Source: Lentisphaeria bacterium
GTDB taxonomy: Bacteria > Verrucomicrobiota > Lentisphaeria > Oligosphaerales > CAITYL01
Direction: 5' to 3'
NCBI GenBank assembly: GCA_041648735.1
Contig: JBAZOO010000010.1
Location: 6,530-70,529, forward strand
Length of the DNA stretch: 64,000 bases
In this document: positions 1 to 8,619 of the stretch, one piece after another
Numbering within the stretch: position 1 is the stretch's first letter
How the letters are laid out: every line of letters begins with the position of its first letter
Translations under genes and position numbers: made by a program
The notes under the pieces: generated by a model
The model's database searches: none
What the model was told of the DNA's origin: nothing
What the model saw: the letters and a program-made list of their open reading frames with translations, nothing else

Positions 1-2
1 TT

Positions 3-356
3 GGCCGCCCCTACCCGCTCACCCCCCTGCTGGTGCTGCCCGCCATTGCCGGACTCGCCACGCTCTGGCATCGGAGCGGCAGCCGCCATTCGCTGGCGAT
101 GCAGATGCTGCCCGGCGCCCTCTGCGGCCTGATCCAGGCCGGCGTGATCCTCGCCGCCGACAGCTTCGCGGTCGAACCTTGGTTCTGGCGGCTTTTCCTC
201 CACAACACCCTCCTGCTGCTTGCCCTCGCCGGCGAGGGAATGCTCCTGCTGCCCCTGCTCTGCCTCGCCTACGACCACTGGGCCCGCCGCCTCGCCTTGC
301 CCCAGTACCTCACCCTGCACCCGCCTTCGGGACGCCCCGCCATCCATGTCGCCTGA
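3..356 (+). CDS. mreD: MreD-like rod-shape membrane protein, C-terminal part (5' end outside the window)
   Basis: The reading frame is open from the window edge. The translation is strongly hydrophobic and helical (LATLW..., LLLLALAGEGMLLLPLLCLAY). Its stop overlaps the start of the downstream PBP2 gene, matching the canonical mreBCD-mrdA order. The family call rests on context and hydrophobicity only. Confidence 0.4.
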   Translation, partial: GRPYPLTPLLVLPAIAGLATLWHRSGSRHSLAMQMLPGALCGLIQAGVILAADSFAVEPWFWRLFLHNTLLLLALAGEGMLLLPLLCLAYDHWARRLALPQYLTLHPPSGRPAIHVA

Positions 357-2268
357 CCGCGCCCCCACCCACCCCTTCCTCATCCCCCGCCTCTGGCAGA
401 TCGCCGGCGCCTGCACCGCCGCGCTGCTCCTCCTCGTCGGGCGGATGTGGTCCTTGCAGATGCGCCGGCACGATCTGCTTGACCAGGACATCCGCCGCCA
501 GAGCATCCGCCGCATCCGCCTCGAACCGGTGCGCGGCCGGATCTTCAGCGCCGACGGCAAAGCGCTGGTCGACAACCGCCCCACCTACAACCTCGTCCTC
601 CATCTCGCGGAAATGCGCCAGCCCGGCCCACACCGGCGCACCAGCGATTTCATCCTCCAGCAGGTGGCCGCCGTCGCCGGGGCCATCCGCCGCCCATCAG
701 CCCTGACCCAGGACGAACTCCTCCGCCACGACCGCACCACCCCCGCCCTCCCCCTCACCATCTTCCAGGATCTCACCCCCGCCGAAATGGCCCGCGCCAC
801 CGACCTCCAGCCACCCATCCCCGGCCTGGAAATCCAGCCGCGCATCCTCCGCACCTACCGCCATTCCGGCCTCGCCGGACACCTCCTCGGCTTCACCGGC
901 CGCCGCCACCCCGAAGAATGGGACGCCAGCGCCGACACTTTGCGCCTCGCCTATTCCCTGCCCGAACTCACCGGCCGCGACGGCCTCGAACGCTTCTACG
1001 ACAACGACCTCGCCGGCCGCCCCGGCGAACGGCTCGTCCAAGTCGACATCCGCGGCTACATCCACGCCGATGCCGTCCCCCCCACCCCCCCCCAGGACGG
1101 CGCCGACCTCTGCCTCAGCCTCGATTCCCGCGCCCAACGCGCCGCCGAACTCGCCATCGCCGGCTACCGCGGCGCCCTGGTGCTGGTGGAGGTGCAGACC
1201 GGCGCGATCAAGGCCATGGTCTCCGCGCCCGGCATTGACCTCTCCACCCTCACCGCCGCCCGCTACCGCGAACTCGCCGCCGACACGGAAAACCAGCCGC
1301 TGCTGAACCGGGCGGTGGCCGGCCAATACATCCCCGGCTCCATCCTCAAACCGCTCACCGCCCTCGCCGCCCTCGAGGCGGACAAGATCACCGCCAGCTC
1401 CACCGTCACCTGCACCGGCGCCTATCCGTTGGGCAACCGCGCCATCCGCTGCTGGTACCACCCCGGCCATGGCCCCCTCAACCTCGCCGGCGCCCTCCAG
1501 CACTCCTGCAACAGCTTCTTCATCGATGCCGGCATCCGCCTGACCCCGGCCGAATTCCTCACCCTCCTCCGCGACGCCGGCCTCGGCGAGGCACCCGAAA
1601 TCGACCTGCCCGGCGCCGCCCGCGGCATCCTCCCCGATCCCGCCGCCGCCGCCCGCCTGCCCCGCACCGCCTGGATCTCCGAAGCCGCCCTGCTGGCCAT
1701 CGGCCAAGGCGCCATCGCCATCACTCCCTTGCAGGCCGCCCTCTACACCGCCGCCATCGCCAACGGCGGCACCGTCTTCCGCCCCTACCTCGTGGAACGG
1801 CTGCGCAACCCGGACGGCTCCAGCCGCCGGATCACCGCCCCCATCGCCCTGCGCCGCCTGCCCGTGCGCCAAAAGCACCTCGCCCTCGTCCGCCAAGGGA
1901 TGTGGCAGGCCGTCAACCTCCCCGACGGCACCGCCCGCCAGGCCCGCACCGCCGTCATCAGCATGGCCGGCAAGACCGGCACCGCCCAGTTCCAGACCCG
2001 CGCCGGCATGGCCAAGAACACCTGGTTCATCGGCTACGCCCCCGCCGACCAGCCCCGCTACGCCTTCGCCGTGGTCACCGAACACGGCCAGTCCGGCGGC
2101 CAGACCGCCCCGATCGTCCGCCGCACCTTCGAACTCTGGCTCACCCCTGGTGCCCTCGAGGCCGCCGAAGCCCAGGCCGCCGGCCGGCCGCCACCACCCC
2201 CGCCCGACCTGCCGCCGGAGGAAACCCTGCCCGCCGCCACCCCCGAAGATGAACCGGCCGCCGGCTGA
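346..2268 (+). CDS. mrdA: Penicillin-binding protein 2 (elongasome transpeptidase)
   Basis: This lies within ORF 220..2268. The ATG at 346 gives MSPDRAPTHPFLIPRLWQIAGACTAALLLLV, a short cytoplasmic tail plus a TM helix. The transpeptidase motifs are readable: GSILKP (SxxK), HSCNSF (SxN) and GKTGTA (KTG). The C-terminal tail is Pro/Ala-rich. Confidence 0.9.
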   Translation: MSPDRAPTHPFLIPRLWQIAGACTAALLLLVGRMWSLQMRRHDLLDQDIRRQSIRRIRLEPVRGRIFSADGKALVDNRPTYNLVLHLAEMRQPGPHRRTSDFILQQVAAVAGAIRRPSALTQDELLRHDRTTPALPLTIFQDLTPAEMARATDLQPPIPGLEIQPRILRTYRHSGLAGHLLGFTGRRHPEEWDASADTLRLAYSLPELTGRDGLERFYDNDLAGRPGERLVQVDIRGYIHADAVPPTPPQDGADLCLSLDSRAQRAAELAIAGYRGALVLVEVQTGAIKAMVSAPGIDLSTLTAARYRELAADTENQPLLNRAVAGQYIPGSILKPLTALAALEADKITASSTVTCTGAYPLGNRAIRCWYHPGHGPLNLAGALQHSCNSFFIDAGIRLTPAEFLTLLRDAGLGEAPEIDLPGAARGILPDPAAAARLPRTAWISEAALLAIGQGAIAITPLQAALYTAAIANGGTVFRPYLVERLRNPDGSSRRITAPIALRRLPVRQKHLALVRQGMWQAVNLPDGTARQARTAVISMAGKTGTAQFQTRAGMAKNTWFIGYAPADQPRYAFAVVTEHGQSGGQTAPIVRRTFELWLTPGALEAAEAQAAGRPPPPPPDLPPEETLPAATPEDEPAAG

Positions 2269-2276
2269 CCCGGCCC

Positions 2277-3875
2277 CTACCGGCCAGCCTGCGCCAGTTC
2301 GGCGGCGCGGCGGTAGCGGGCCCGGAAGAAGGCCGCCCAGGTGCGGGCGAGGCGGATGGCGTCACGGTTGCCCGCCAGCTCCCGGTTGGCCGCCGCCGCC
2401 CCCGCATAGCCGAAGGGCAGCCGCCGGAATTCGGCCATCGCCGCCGGCACCGCCGCCGGCCCGCCGGCGGCGGTGATGGCCGCCCAGGCGCGGACCAGCT
2501 CCTCGTGGGTGTCGATCACCATCGCCCGGACCAGCAGCCGCAACAGGTTGAAATGCGGCCCCGTCCACTCCCCGTGGTAGGTGAACTGCGCCGCCTGCGC
2601 GAAGGGATCCTCCGCCGAGTCGCTCATCTGCCGCCGCTCCGCCGCCGTGTAGAGGTCGCGCCGGATCGGGAGCCGGCGCAAGGCGTAGCGTTCCGGCCCG
2701 CCGGGCGCCCCGGCCCGCCGGTTCCACAGCCGCTGCCCCTCCGCGGTGAAGAGGAAGTCAATGAAGCGCCGGGCCAGCTCGCCATTGGGCGCCCCCCGCA
2801 GCAGCGCCACCGGATCGGCGGAATAGGAGCTGCCCCCGGCCGGCGTGAAATAGCGCAGCACCTCCTCGCCGGCGGCGCGGTTCTCCCATTCCGCCTGGAA
2901 CCGGCCATAGAAGTCAATGCACATCCCCGCCACCGCATCGCCGGCCGCCACGTCCAGCGGCACCTTGCCGGCGGAATGGGTGAAATAGCGGGCGTTGGCC
3001 CCGATCCGGCGCACCAGCAGCAGCGCCTCCTCCCACCCCGCCGCCAGCGCCGCCGGCGTCGCCGCCCCACCCTCGGCCGCCACCGCCCGGGCCATCTGCT
3101 CCTGGACGAGCATCTCGAAGGCCTTCGCCACCGACCCGCTTTTCGCCGGGTCGCCAATCCCCAGCCGCCCGGCCAGCGCCGGCGCGCCCAAGTCGGCCCA
3201 GCCCGTGGGCGGCGGCAGCCCCGGCGCCGCCTCGCGCCAGCGGCGCGGGTTGTAGCAGATGCCGAAGGCGGTCAGGCAGACGCCATAGTAGCGGTCCCCT
3301 TCGTCGTACCAGCTCTCGCCGCCGATCGCCCGCGGGATCAGCGGCGCCTCCCCCGCGAACAGCCCCGGCTGCCGTTCCCGGAGGCCGCAGGGCACCAGGA
3401 TCCCCATCTCCGCCAGCCGCTGGTGGTCGTACTGCCCGCCGCCAAAGAAAAGGTCAATCCCGCTGCTGACGCCGCTGCCCAGGAACGCCTGCCGCGCCGC
3501 CCACTGCGCCGGCGGCGCGCTCCCGGCCCGGAGCTTGCGGTCAAAGAGCGCCGCCGGCACCCCCTCGTCCCACGCCCCCCCCTGCCGCCGCCACTCCTGC
3601 CGGAACGCCCCGGTGTAGGCGGCGGTGAGGTAGCGGATGATGTCGGACGTGCCGCCGGGCGTGCGCCAATCCACCACCACCTCCTGCCCATAGGTGCGCC
3701 GGTGCCAGGCCGCAAAGGCGCGCCCGAACTCGTGGCGGATCGCCTCGTTGTGCGGCGTGATCACCACCACCCGCGCCACCCCGCCCGGCAGCCGCGCCAC
3801 CCGCTCGCGCACCAGGACCGGCGCCAGCAGCAGGACCCCCAACAACAGCAGAAGAAACGCAACTGAACGGCTCAT
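2277..3875 (-). CDS. Extracellular solute-binding protein (ABC-type, PBP2 fold, Fe3+/polyamine-like), orphan
   Basis: ORF 2277..3893. The ATG at 3875 (MSRSVAFLLLLLGVLLLAPV, signal/anchor) is preferred over the TTG at 3893. The sequence looks like a periplasmic binding protein (VVVITPHNEAIRHEF..., FFGGGQYDH...). No permease or ATPase gene is adjacent. Confidence 0.7.
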   Translation of the reverse strand: MSRSVAFLLLLLGVLLLAPVLVRERVARLPGGVARVVVITPHNEAIRHEFGRAFAAWHRRTYGQEVVVDWRTPGGTSDIIRYLTAAYTGAFRQEWRRQGGAWDEGVPAALFDRKLRAGSAPPAQWAARQAFLGSGVSSGIDLFFGGGQYDHQRLAEMGILVPCGLRERQPGLFAGEAPLIPRAIGGESWYDEGDRYYGVCLTAFGICYNPRRWREAAPGLPPPTGWADLGAPALAGRLGIGDPAKSGSVAKAFEMLVQEQMARAVAAEGGAATPAALAAGWEEALLLVRRIGANARYFTHSAGKVPLDVAAGDAVAGMCIDFYGRFQAEWENRAAGEEVLRYFTPAGGSSYSADPVALLRGAPNGELARRFIDFLFTAEGQRLWNRRAGAPGGPERYALRRLPIRRDLYTAAERRQMSDSAEDPFAQAAQFTYHGEWTGPHFNLLRLLVRAMVIDTHEELVRAWAAITAAGGPAAVPAAMAEFRRLPFGYAGAAAANRELAGNRDAIRLARTWAAFFRARYRRAAELAQAGR

Positions 3876-3959
3876 ACCCTGCGGACTCCGCAAAACCCTC
3901 CGCCCAATATAGCCCCGGTTCCCACCCCGCGGAACCGGCGGGCGGCGGGCGGCGGGCCG

Positions 3960-3990
3960 CCCTGCCGTCCCTGCCGTCCCTGCCGTCCCT
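3960..3990. repeat. Tandem 9-mer repeat (ccctgccgt, 3 full copies plus a partial one)
   Basis: Read directly: gccctgccgtccctgccgtccctgccgtccctggggg. Its reverse complement (ggacggcagg) recurs at 61840-61892. Confidence 0.9.
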
Positions 3991-4078
3991 GGGGGAGCAA
4001 CTGGCCCCGGCCCATGCAGCCTGGGTTCAGCTCTGCCGCCGTCTGGCGCAACCGCCGGTTCCGCATCCGGACCTGATC

Positions 4079-4969
4079 CCCGCGGAACTGCAGCGGGTTC
4101 TGCGCGGCTATCAGAAGGACGGAGTGGCCTGGCTGCAACTCTTGGACGACTGCGGATTTAACGGCATCCTGGCCGACGAAATGGGGCTTGGCAAGACGGT
4201 GCAGGCGCTGGTCTGGCTCGACTGGAGCCGGCGGACGGGCCGCGCCCGGGGCCCGGCTCTCGTCATCTGCCCGACCAGTCTCATGGAAAACTGGCGGAAC
4301 GAGGCCCGCCGCTTCGTCCCCGGCCTGAAAACCTTGATCGTCCACGGCCTGAAACGCACGGAATTGCACGCCGCCGTCCCCACCCAGGACTTGGTCATCA
4401 CCTCCTACGCCCTGCTGCGCCGGGACAGTCGGCGCTACCGCGAGCTTGAGTTTGATGCCGTCATTCTGGACGAGGCGCAGCATGTCAAAAATCCATCCCC
4501 TGAAAACTCGCGTGCCTGCAAGCTGCTGCCCGCTGCCCGCCGCCTCATCCTTACCGGGACGCCGATGGAAAATGCCCTGCATGAACTGTGGTCGCTGTTT
4601 GATTTCGTTCTCCCCGGCCATCTCGGGACGCGCCTGGAGTTCCAGCACCGCTACGAGGATGAGAATGCGGCCGGCGGTGCGACGGCTGCCCGCCAGGAAC
4701 TGATCCAGCGCATCCGTCCTTTCGTGCTTCGGCGCTTGAAGGCGGAGGTCTGCCAGGAACTGCCGCCGAAACAGGAGCAGATTCTGTATTGCGAAATGGA
4801 CCGGCCGCAGGCCCGGCTCTATGCCAGTCTACTGCTCGCGGGGCGCGGGATCGTGCAGTCCGCCAAGGCCGAGGGCTGGGCCCGGCACCGTTTCCAGGCA
4901 CTTGCCCTCCTGACCCGCCTGCGGCAGGTCTGCTGCCATCCGAATCTGCTGCCCGATGCCTTGCGGGCC
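4079..4969 (+). pseudogene. SNF2-family helicase fragment (ATPase lobe 1 only), truncated at both ends
   Basis: The translation starts PAELQRVLRGYQKDGVAWLQLL and carries motif I LADEMGLGKT, motif II DEAQHVKN and motif III LTGTPMEN. The usual long N-terminal region and the whole helicase-C lobe are missing. The frame runs straight into the IS66 terminal inverted repeat at 4970. The 399-aa ORF 4124..5323 is therefore a chimera. Confidence 0.8.
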
Positions 4970-6346
4970 GTAAGCGTCGCATCTGACCCATCTGGAGTGC
5001 GGGCGAAGGCTGGGGCATGGTGGGTTCCGTCGCGGGCCGGTGGTCGGCCTGGCGGCGGGAACTGGTCATTTCAGGGATCGGACAACGGCGAAGGCGGCGC
5101 CTTGGCGCGGGGTGCTGGAGCGGTGGCGGGCGGCGGGGTTGTCGCAGGCGGGGTTCTGCCGCGCGAACAGCCTTGCGCCGTGGCAGTTCCGGTACTGGCT
5201 GGGCCGGGAACGGCGGCGAACCGCGGACGGGGTGTCCGGCTTTTCGCCGGTGGTGGCGGCGGCGGAGCCGGGGTCGGGGCTGATGCCGCGGCTGCCGGGC
5301 GGGGCCATGCTTTGGAGCCTTGAGGGGACAGGCAAATCCGGTCTTCGCACGGAGCACACGGAAACCACGGAGAAGACACTTCCCCCGCGCCGGACTTCGC
5401 CATCCCCGGCGGCTGCTACGACGAGAGCTTCCTGGCGATGGTCGTCTTCGAGAAGGTCGCCATGCACCTGCCGCTCTACCGCATCGAGGAGCGGCTGCGG
5501 CTGACGGGCCGCCGCTGCGCATCTTCGAGTTCACCCGCGACCGATGTGAAAAACGGCCGAAGGAGTTCCTCAAAGACTTCCGCGGCTACATCCATGCCGA
5601 CGCCAACAAAGGCTACGACGACCTCTTCCGCCGCGAAGGCGTTTTCGAGTGCGCCTGCTGGAGGCACATCCGCCGCAAGTTCTTCGAGGCCGAAGACGCC
5701 CCGCCGGACCTGCGCCGGCTCTTCCTCGGGGCCATCTGCAAGCTCTACCAGTGGGAACGCCTCAGCGCCCGGTCCAAGCCCGAGACCATCCTCAAGGTCC
5801 GGCAAAAACATCTCGCCCCCCCTGGTCGAGGGCATGCTCGCCCGCGCCAGGGACGCCCTGGCCCGCAATGAAGTCCTGCCCAAATCCGCCTTCGCCGGCG
5901 CCCTCGGCTACCTGCTCAACCTCGGCGAGGCCGTGCGCACCTTCCGCCGCGACCTCCGGCTGCCACCCGACAACGGGCTGAGCGAAAGATCGTTGCGTCC
6001 AGTCGCCAGCGGCCGTAAGGACTGGCTCTTTGCCGGCTGCAAGGCCGGCGGCGATGCCACCGGCACCCGCCTGAGCCTTGTCCAAACCCGCCGTGCCCTC
6101 GGCGCCGACCCCTACGAGTACCTCGCCGATGTCCTCGCCCGCATCCAGGGCCATCCCGCCAGCCGCGTCGCCGAACTCCTCCCCCACCGTTGGCTCGCCG
6201 CCAGGACCGCTGACGCCCCTGCCGCCGCGCCGGCCTGAATCCCCCCGGAATGTCAAAGAGCCAGCTCCGGCACCGGCTGCCGTGGCTGGCTCCCACTATC
6301 CTGCCGCCCGCCCCCGCGGGCAACATGGGTCAGCAGCGACGCTTAC
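4970..6346 (+). mobile_element. IS66-family insertion sequence, internally deleted and frameshifted (non-autonomous remnant)
   Basis: Terminal inverted repeats are present: gtaagcgtcgcatctgacccat at 4970 and its complement atgggtcagcagcgacgcttac ending at 6346. GTAAGCG ends are typical of IS66. A TnpA-like piece reads WRGVLERWRAAGLSQAGFCRANSLAPWQFRYW. TnpC pieces lie in different frames: HLPLYRIEERL, FLKDFRGYIHADANKGYDDLF..CACWRHIRRKFFEA, and C-terminal RKDWLFAGCKAGGDA...DPYEYLADVLARI. TnpB is absent. The element is ~1.4 kb, whereas intact IS66 members are ~2.5 kb. I found no matching 8-bp direct repeats at the flanks. Confidence 0.85.
5317..5428 (+). repeat. 112-bp repeat element, copy A (inside the IS66 remnant)
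   Basis: It is identical except for 3 mismatches (manual alignment) to the reverse complement of 18221..18332. It starts with the 30-bp core gccttgaggggacaggcaaatccggtcttc. Confidence 0.9.
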
Positions 6347-6356
6347 GATCACCCAG

Positions 6357-6497
6357 TCATCCTTCACTCACTGGAACGGATAGAGCGCGGCGCTCCTTGC
6401 GGGCGATATTCTCCTCGCTACGGGCCGCCCGTGCCACTTCCTGCGCCAACTCGCGCAATACCTTCACGTCCTCTACACCTATCACTGGAACTGTCAT
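6357..6497 (-). pseudogene. 5' fragment of an unknown gene (46 codons), cut off at the IS66 right end
   Basis: The ATG at 6497 is preceded by aaggaag. The translation is MTVPVIGVEDVKVLRELAQEVARAARSEENIARKERRALSVPVSEG. The stop lies 10 bp from the IS66 inverted repeat. It is below the size cutoff of the ORF track. Confidence 0.3.
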
Positions 6498-6523
6498 TAG
6501 CGTCTTCCTTCAGGGTGTCCCGG

Positions 6524-7141
6524 TCAGGGTTGCGCAGGCTTCTTTTCGATGGTGACCACGTCGCAGAAGAGCACCTGCCCCTGTTTGTCCGTCAAGTTTA
6601 CGTTACCGACGTTCAAGCAAATCTCGCTGATCGGATAATACATCTCGCCATCATTCTTGCCCGCCCAATGCCCGGCGTCCGGTTTCCGCAGTGACACCCG
6701 CATCGTCGCCCACTGGCCAGGCGTGGTATAGGGCACACCATACTGATGCACCTGACCCGTCTGATCGGTCAGCCGCACGCCCAACGACATTGCCTCCCTG
6801 GCCTGCACCTTGAAACGCACTTCGCCGGCGGTATCGGAAATCCGCACTGCGGTCAGCGCCCCCACGTAATTGCCCCCACCGCTGAAGTCGTAGGAGAGGA
6901 TACCCACGGGCTTGTCCTTCTCCATGCCCAGTTTGAAACTGCCCTTGGCGCCGGGAAACTCCGCGCCGGGGATGAAGGCCCAACTCGTGCCTTCCTCAAA
7001 CAGTTCCAGGTCCATCTCTTTCCGCGCCGGCTGCGTCGTAGCGGCCGGCTTGTCCTGGGCCTGGAGGGACGAAGCGGCCATGACGACCATGGCAATGGCG
7101 AACATATGACTAAACAGCGAACGAGAGAATACGGTGCTCAT
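6524..7141 (-). CDS. Secreted hypothetical protein, possible carbohydrate-binding beta-sandwich
   Basis: It has a signal peptide (MSTVFSRSLFSHMFAIAMVVMAASSLQAQ). The gene starts 3 bp after the stop of the upstream GH, so they are probably co-transcribed. The region has lower-GC codon usage. I recognise no family motif with certainty. Confidence 0.65.
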   Translation of the reverse strand: MSTVFSRSLFSHMFAIAMVVMAASSLQAQDKPAATTQPARKEMDLELFEEGTSWAFIPGAEFPGAKGSFKLGMEKDKPVGILSYDFSGGGNYVGALTAVRISDTAGEVRFKVQAREAMSLGVRLTDQTGQVHQYGVPYTTPGQWATMRVSLRKPDAGHWAGKNDGEMYYPISEICLNVGNVNLTDKQGQVLFCDVVTIEKKPAQP

Positions 7142-7144
7142 GTC

Positions 7145-8605
7145 TTACTCCACAGTTAGGAAAATCGGGGAATCAGGGATGCTCTGCGTCTCCATCATGA
7201 CGCAGCCTTCTTCCTGTTTGAAGGCAACCTTGCGGCGTTTGCCGCTCATCACGTCGAAGCAGTGGATCTTGGTCACCGGGCGGTCGATGAGCAGTTCTAT
7301 GTCCGCCACGCGGGGCTGCAGGTCGCCATCAGCCCGCTCGGCCGACCAGATCGCCACCACCAGGCGACCCTCGGCATCGCGGAAGCCATAGGTCGGGATG
7401 GTGCCCGGCGCCGCCAGCTTGCCCTTGTCCCAGACAATCGGCCACACATCGGGCCGATCCGCCGCCGGGAACACATTCACCTTCACCGAAGCGTCCGGGC
7501 GAAGGTTGGCGGTGACTTGGGTCAGCCGGCTGATGGCTTCATACGCGGGCTTGGGTTTGAGTTCGCCATCCACCAGACCGAAATTATTCTCGGCATCGTG
7601 GGGGTTCGCGCCGCCATAGTCGTTCACGAAATCGTACTGGATGCTGACCTCGACACCTAAGCCAATTCCTTCCACGAACCGGCGCAACATATACTTCGCC
7701 TGGGCGCTGGGGGTGAAGCCGGCGTACATGACGGGGAGGGTCGGCTGGAAAGTGCTGTAGCCCCACTCGGTCAACCAAATCTCTTTGGGTCCGTTATACT
7801 TCCGGGACTGGGCACGGTAGTTGGCGATCAGCGAGGCGAAAGTGCCTTGCTCGTCGGCCACGGCGATCCCGTCCCGCTGCACCATGCCAGCGCTGAAGGG
7901 AACGATCTCCGGCACGGTCTTGAAGCTGTAGGGATGATCGACGATGCCATCGACCGCCGGGTTGATGCCCATCGCCAATTGCCGGAAGTTCACCGGCGCA
8001 ACCGAGCCCAGGCCGATCACCTTCATGTTGGGAGCGACCGCCTTGATGGCCGGGGCGACCTTGTTGAGGAGCGAAACGTAGCGTCCCACCCAAGGGGAGA
8101 CTGAGCCGTCTTTTTCCAGGCCGTTCCACGTCCCGCCATAGGCCTTGCTGAAGCCGAAGTTGGCCGGTTCGTTGAGAATTTCCATGCAGTCCACATCGTC
8201 TTTCAACTGCCGGGCCATCTCGACGGCGAATCGGGTGTAGGCTTCGGGGTCGTAGGGGTCGTCGTACGCGCGGTTGCCGTAGCTGTTGAGCAGAAAGAGC
8301 ACCTTCAGCTTGTTCTGGTGGATGGCTTTGATCCGTCGTAAATCCTTTTCCGGGATCGTGTAGTCGCCCTTGACCTTCTCGACCTCGATGCCCCAGGACA
8401 CGCCGTCGCGGACCCAGGTCAGGCCCGCCTGGGCGATCATCGGCAGGGTCTTCTCGTAGTCATCGGTCGGTCTATTCGTCCCCATACGCGGATCCTGCAC
8501 CCGCGCCGCCGGCGGAGCCGCAACCTGCGCCCCGGACCTCGGCGAAGCGACCGCAGCCAACACCGCGATGCCAAGGCTCAACCATCCAATGCGATAGCGA
8601 ATCAT
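7145..8605 (-). CDS. Secreted glycoside hydrolase, clan GH-A (GH5/GH39-like TIM barrel)
   Basis: It has a signal peptide (WLSLGIAVLAAVASPRSGAQ). The acid/base motif is EILNEPANF and the nucleophile motif is WLTEWGYS. Confidence 0.8.
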   Translation of the reverse strand: MIRYRIGWLSLGIAVLAAVASPRSGAQVAAPPAARVQDPRMGTNRPTDDYEKTLPMIAQAGLTWVRDGVSWGIEVEKVKGDYTIPEKDLRRIKAIHQNKLKVLFLLNSYGNRAYDDPYDPEAYTRFAVEMARQLKDDVDCMEILNEPANFGFSKAYGGTWNGLEKDGSVSPWVGRYVSLLNKVAPAIKAVAPNMKVIGLGSVAPVNFRQLAMGINPAVDGIVDHPYSFKTVPEIVPFSAGMVQRDGIAVADEQGTFASLIANYRAQSRKYNGPKEIWLTEWGYSTFQPTLPVMYAGFTPSAQAKYMLRRFVEGIGLGVEVSIQYDFVNDYGGANPHDAENNFGLVDGELKPKPAYEAISRLTQVTANLRPDASVKVNVFPAADRPDVWPIVWDKGKLAAPGTIPTYGFRDAEGRLVVAIWSAERADGDLQPRVADIELLIDRPVTKIHCFDVMSGKRRKVAFKQEEGCVMMETQSIPDSPIFLTVE

Positions 8606-8619
8606 CGTTCATGTCTCCG

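Noticed and set aside
697-2085. A 462-aa ORF antisense to mrdA. Similar long antisense or alternate-frame ORFs include 2505..3866 +, 13231..14400 -, 14495..16558 -, 15672..17144 +, 37838..39253 -, 41037..42077 -, 42058..43599 +, 44655..46415 -, 46273..48690 -, 48763..51909 -, 52526..54907 -, 54974..56779 -, 57721..59382 -, 59462..61156 + and 61764..63008 -.
   Set aside because: Their translations are low-complexity and rich in Gly, Arg, Ala and Pro, with no recognisable motifs. Each lies opposite or out of frame to a gene with clear family signatures. Such stop-free frames are expected in very GC-rich DNA.
4124-5323. A 399-aa ORF that looks like an intact SNF2 helicase gene.
   Set aside because: Only the first ~280 codons are helicase-like. 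After 4969 the frame reads through the IS66 inverted repeat and IS66 interior, giving Gly/Ala-rich nonsense. The helicase-C domain is missing, so it is annotated as a pseudogene fragment.
5040-6238. Three overlapping ORFs (5040..5504, 5320..5871, 5438..6238) taken as separate genes.
   Set aside because: They are pieces of one degraded IS66 coding region (TnpA-like, then TnpC middle and C-terminus) in different frames. They are not independent functional genes.
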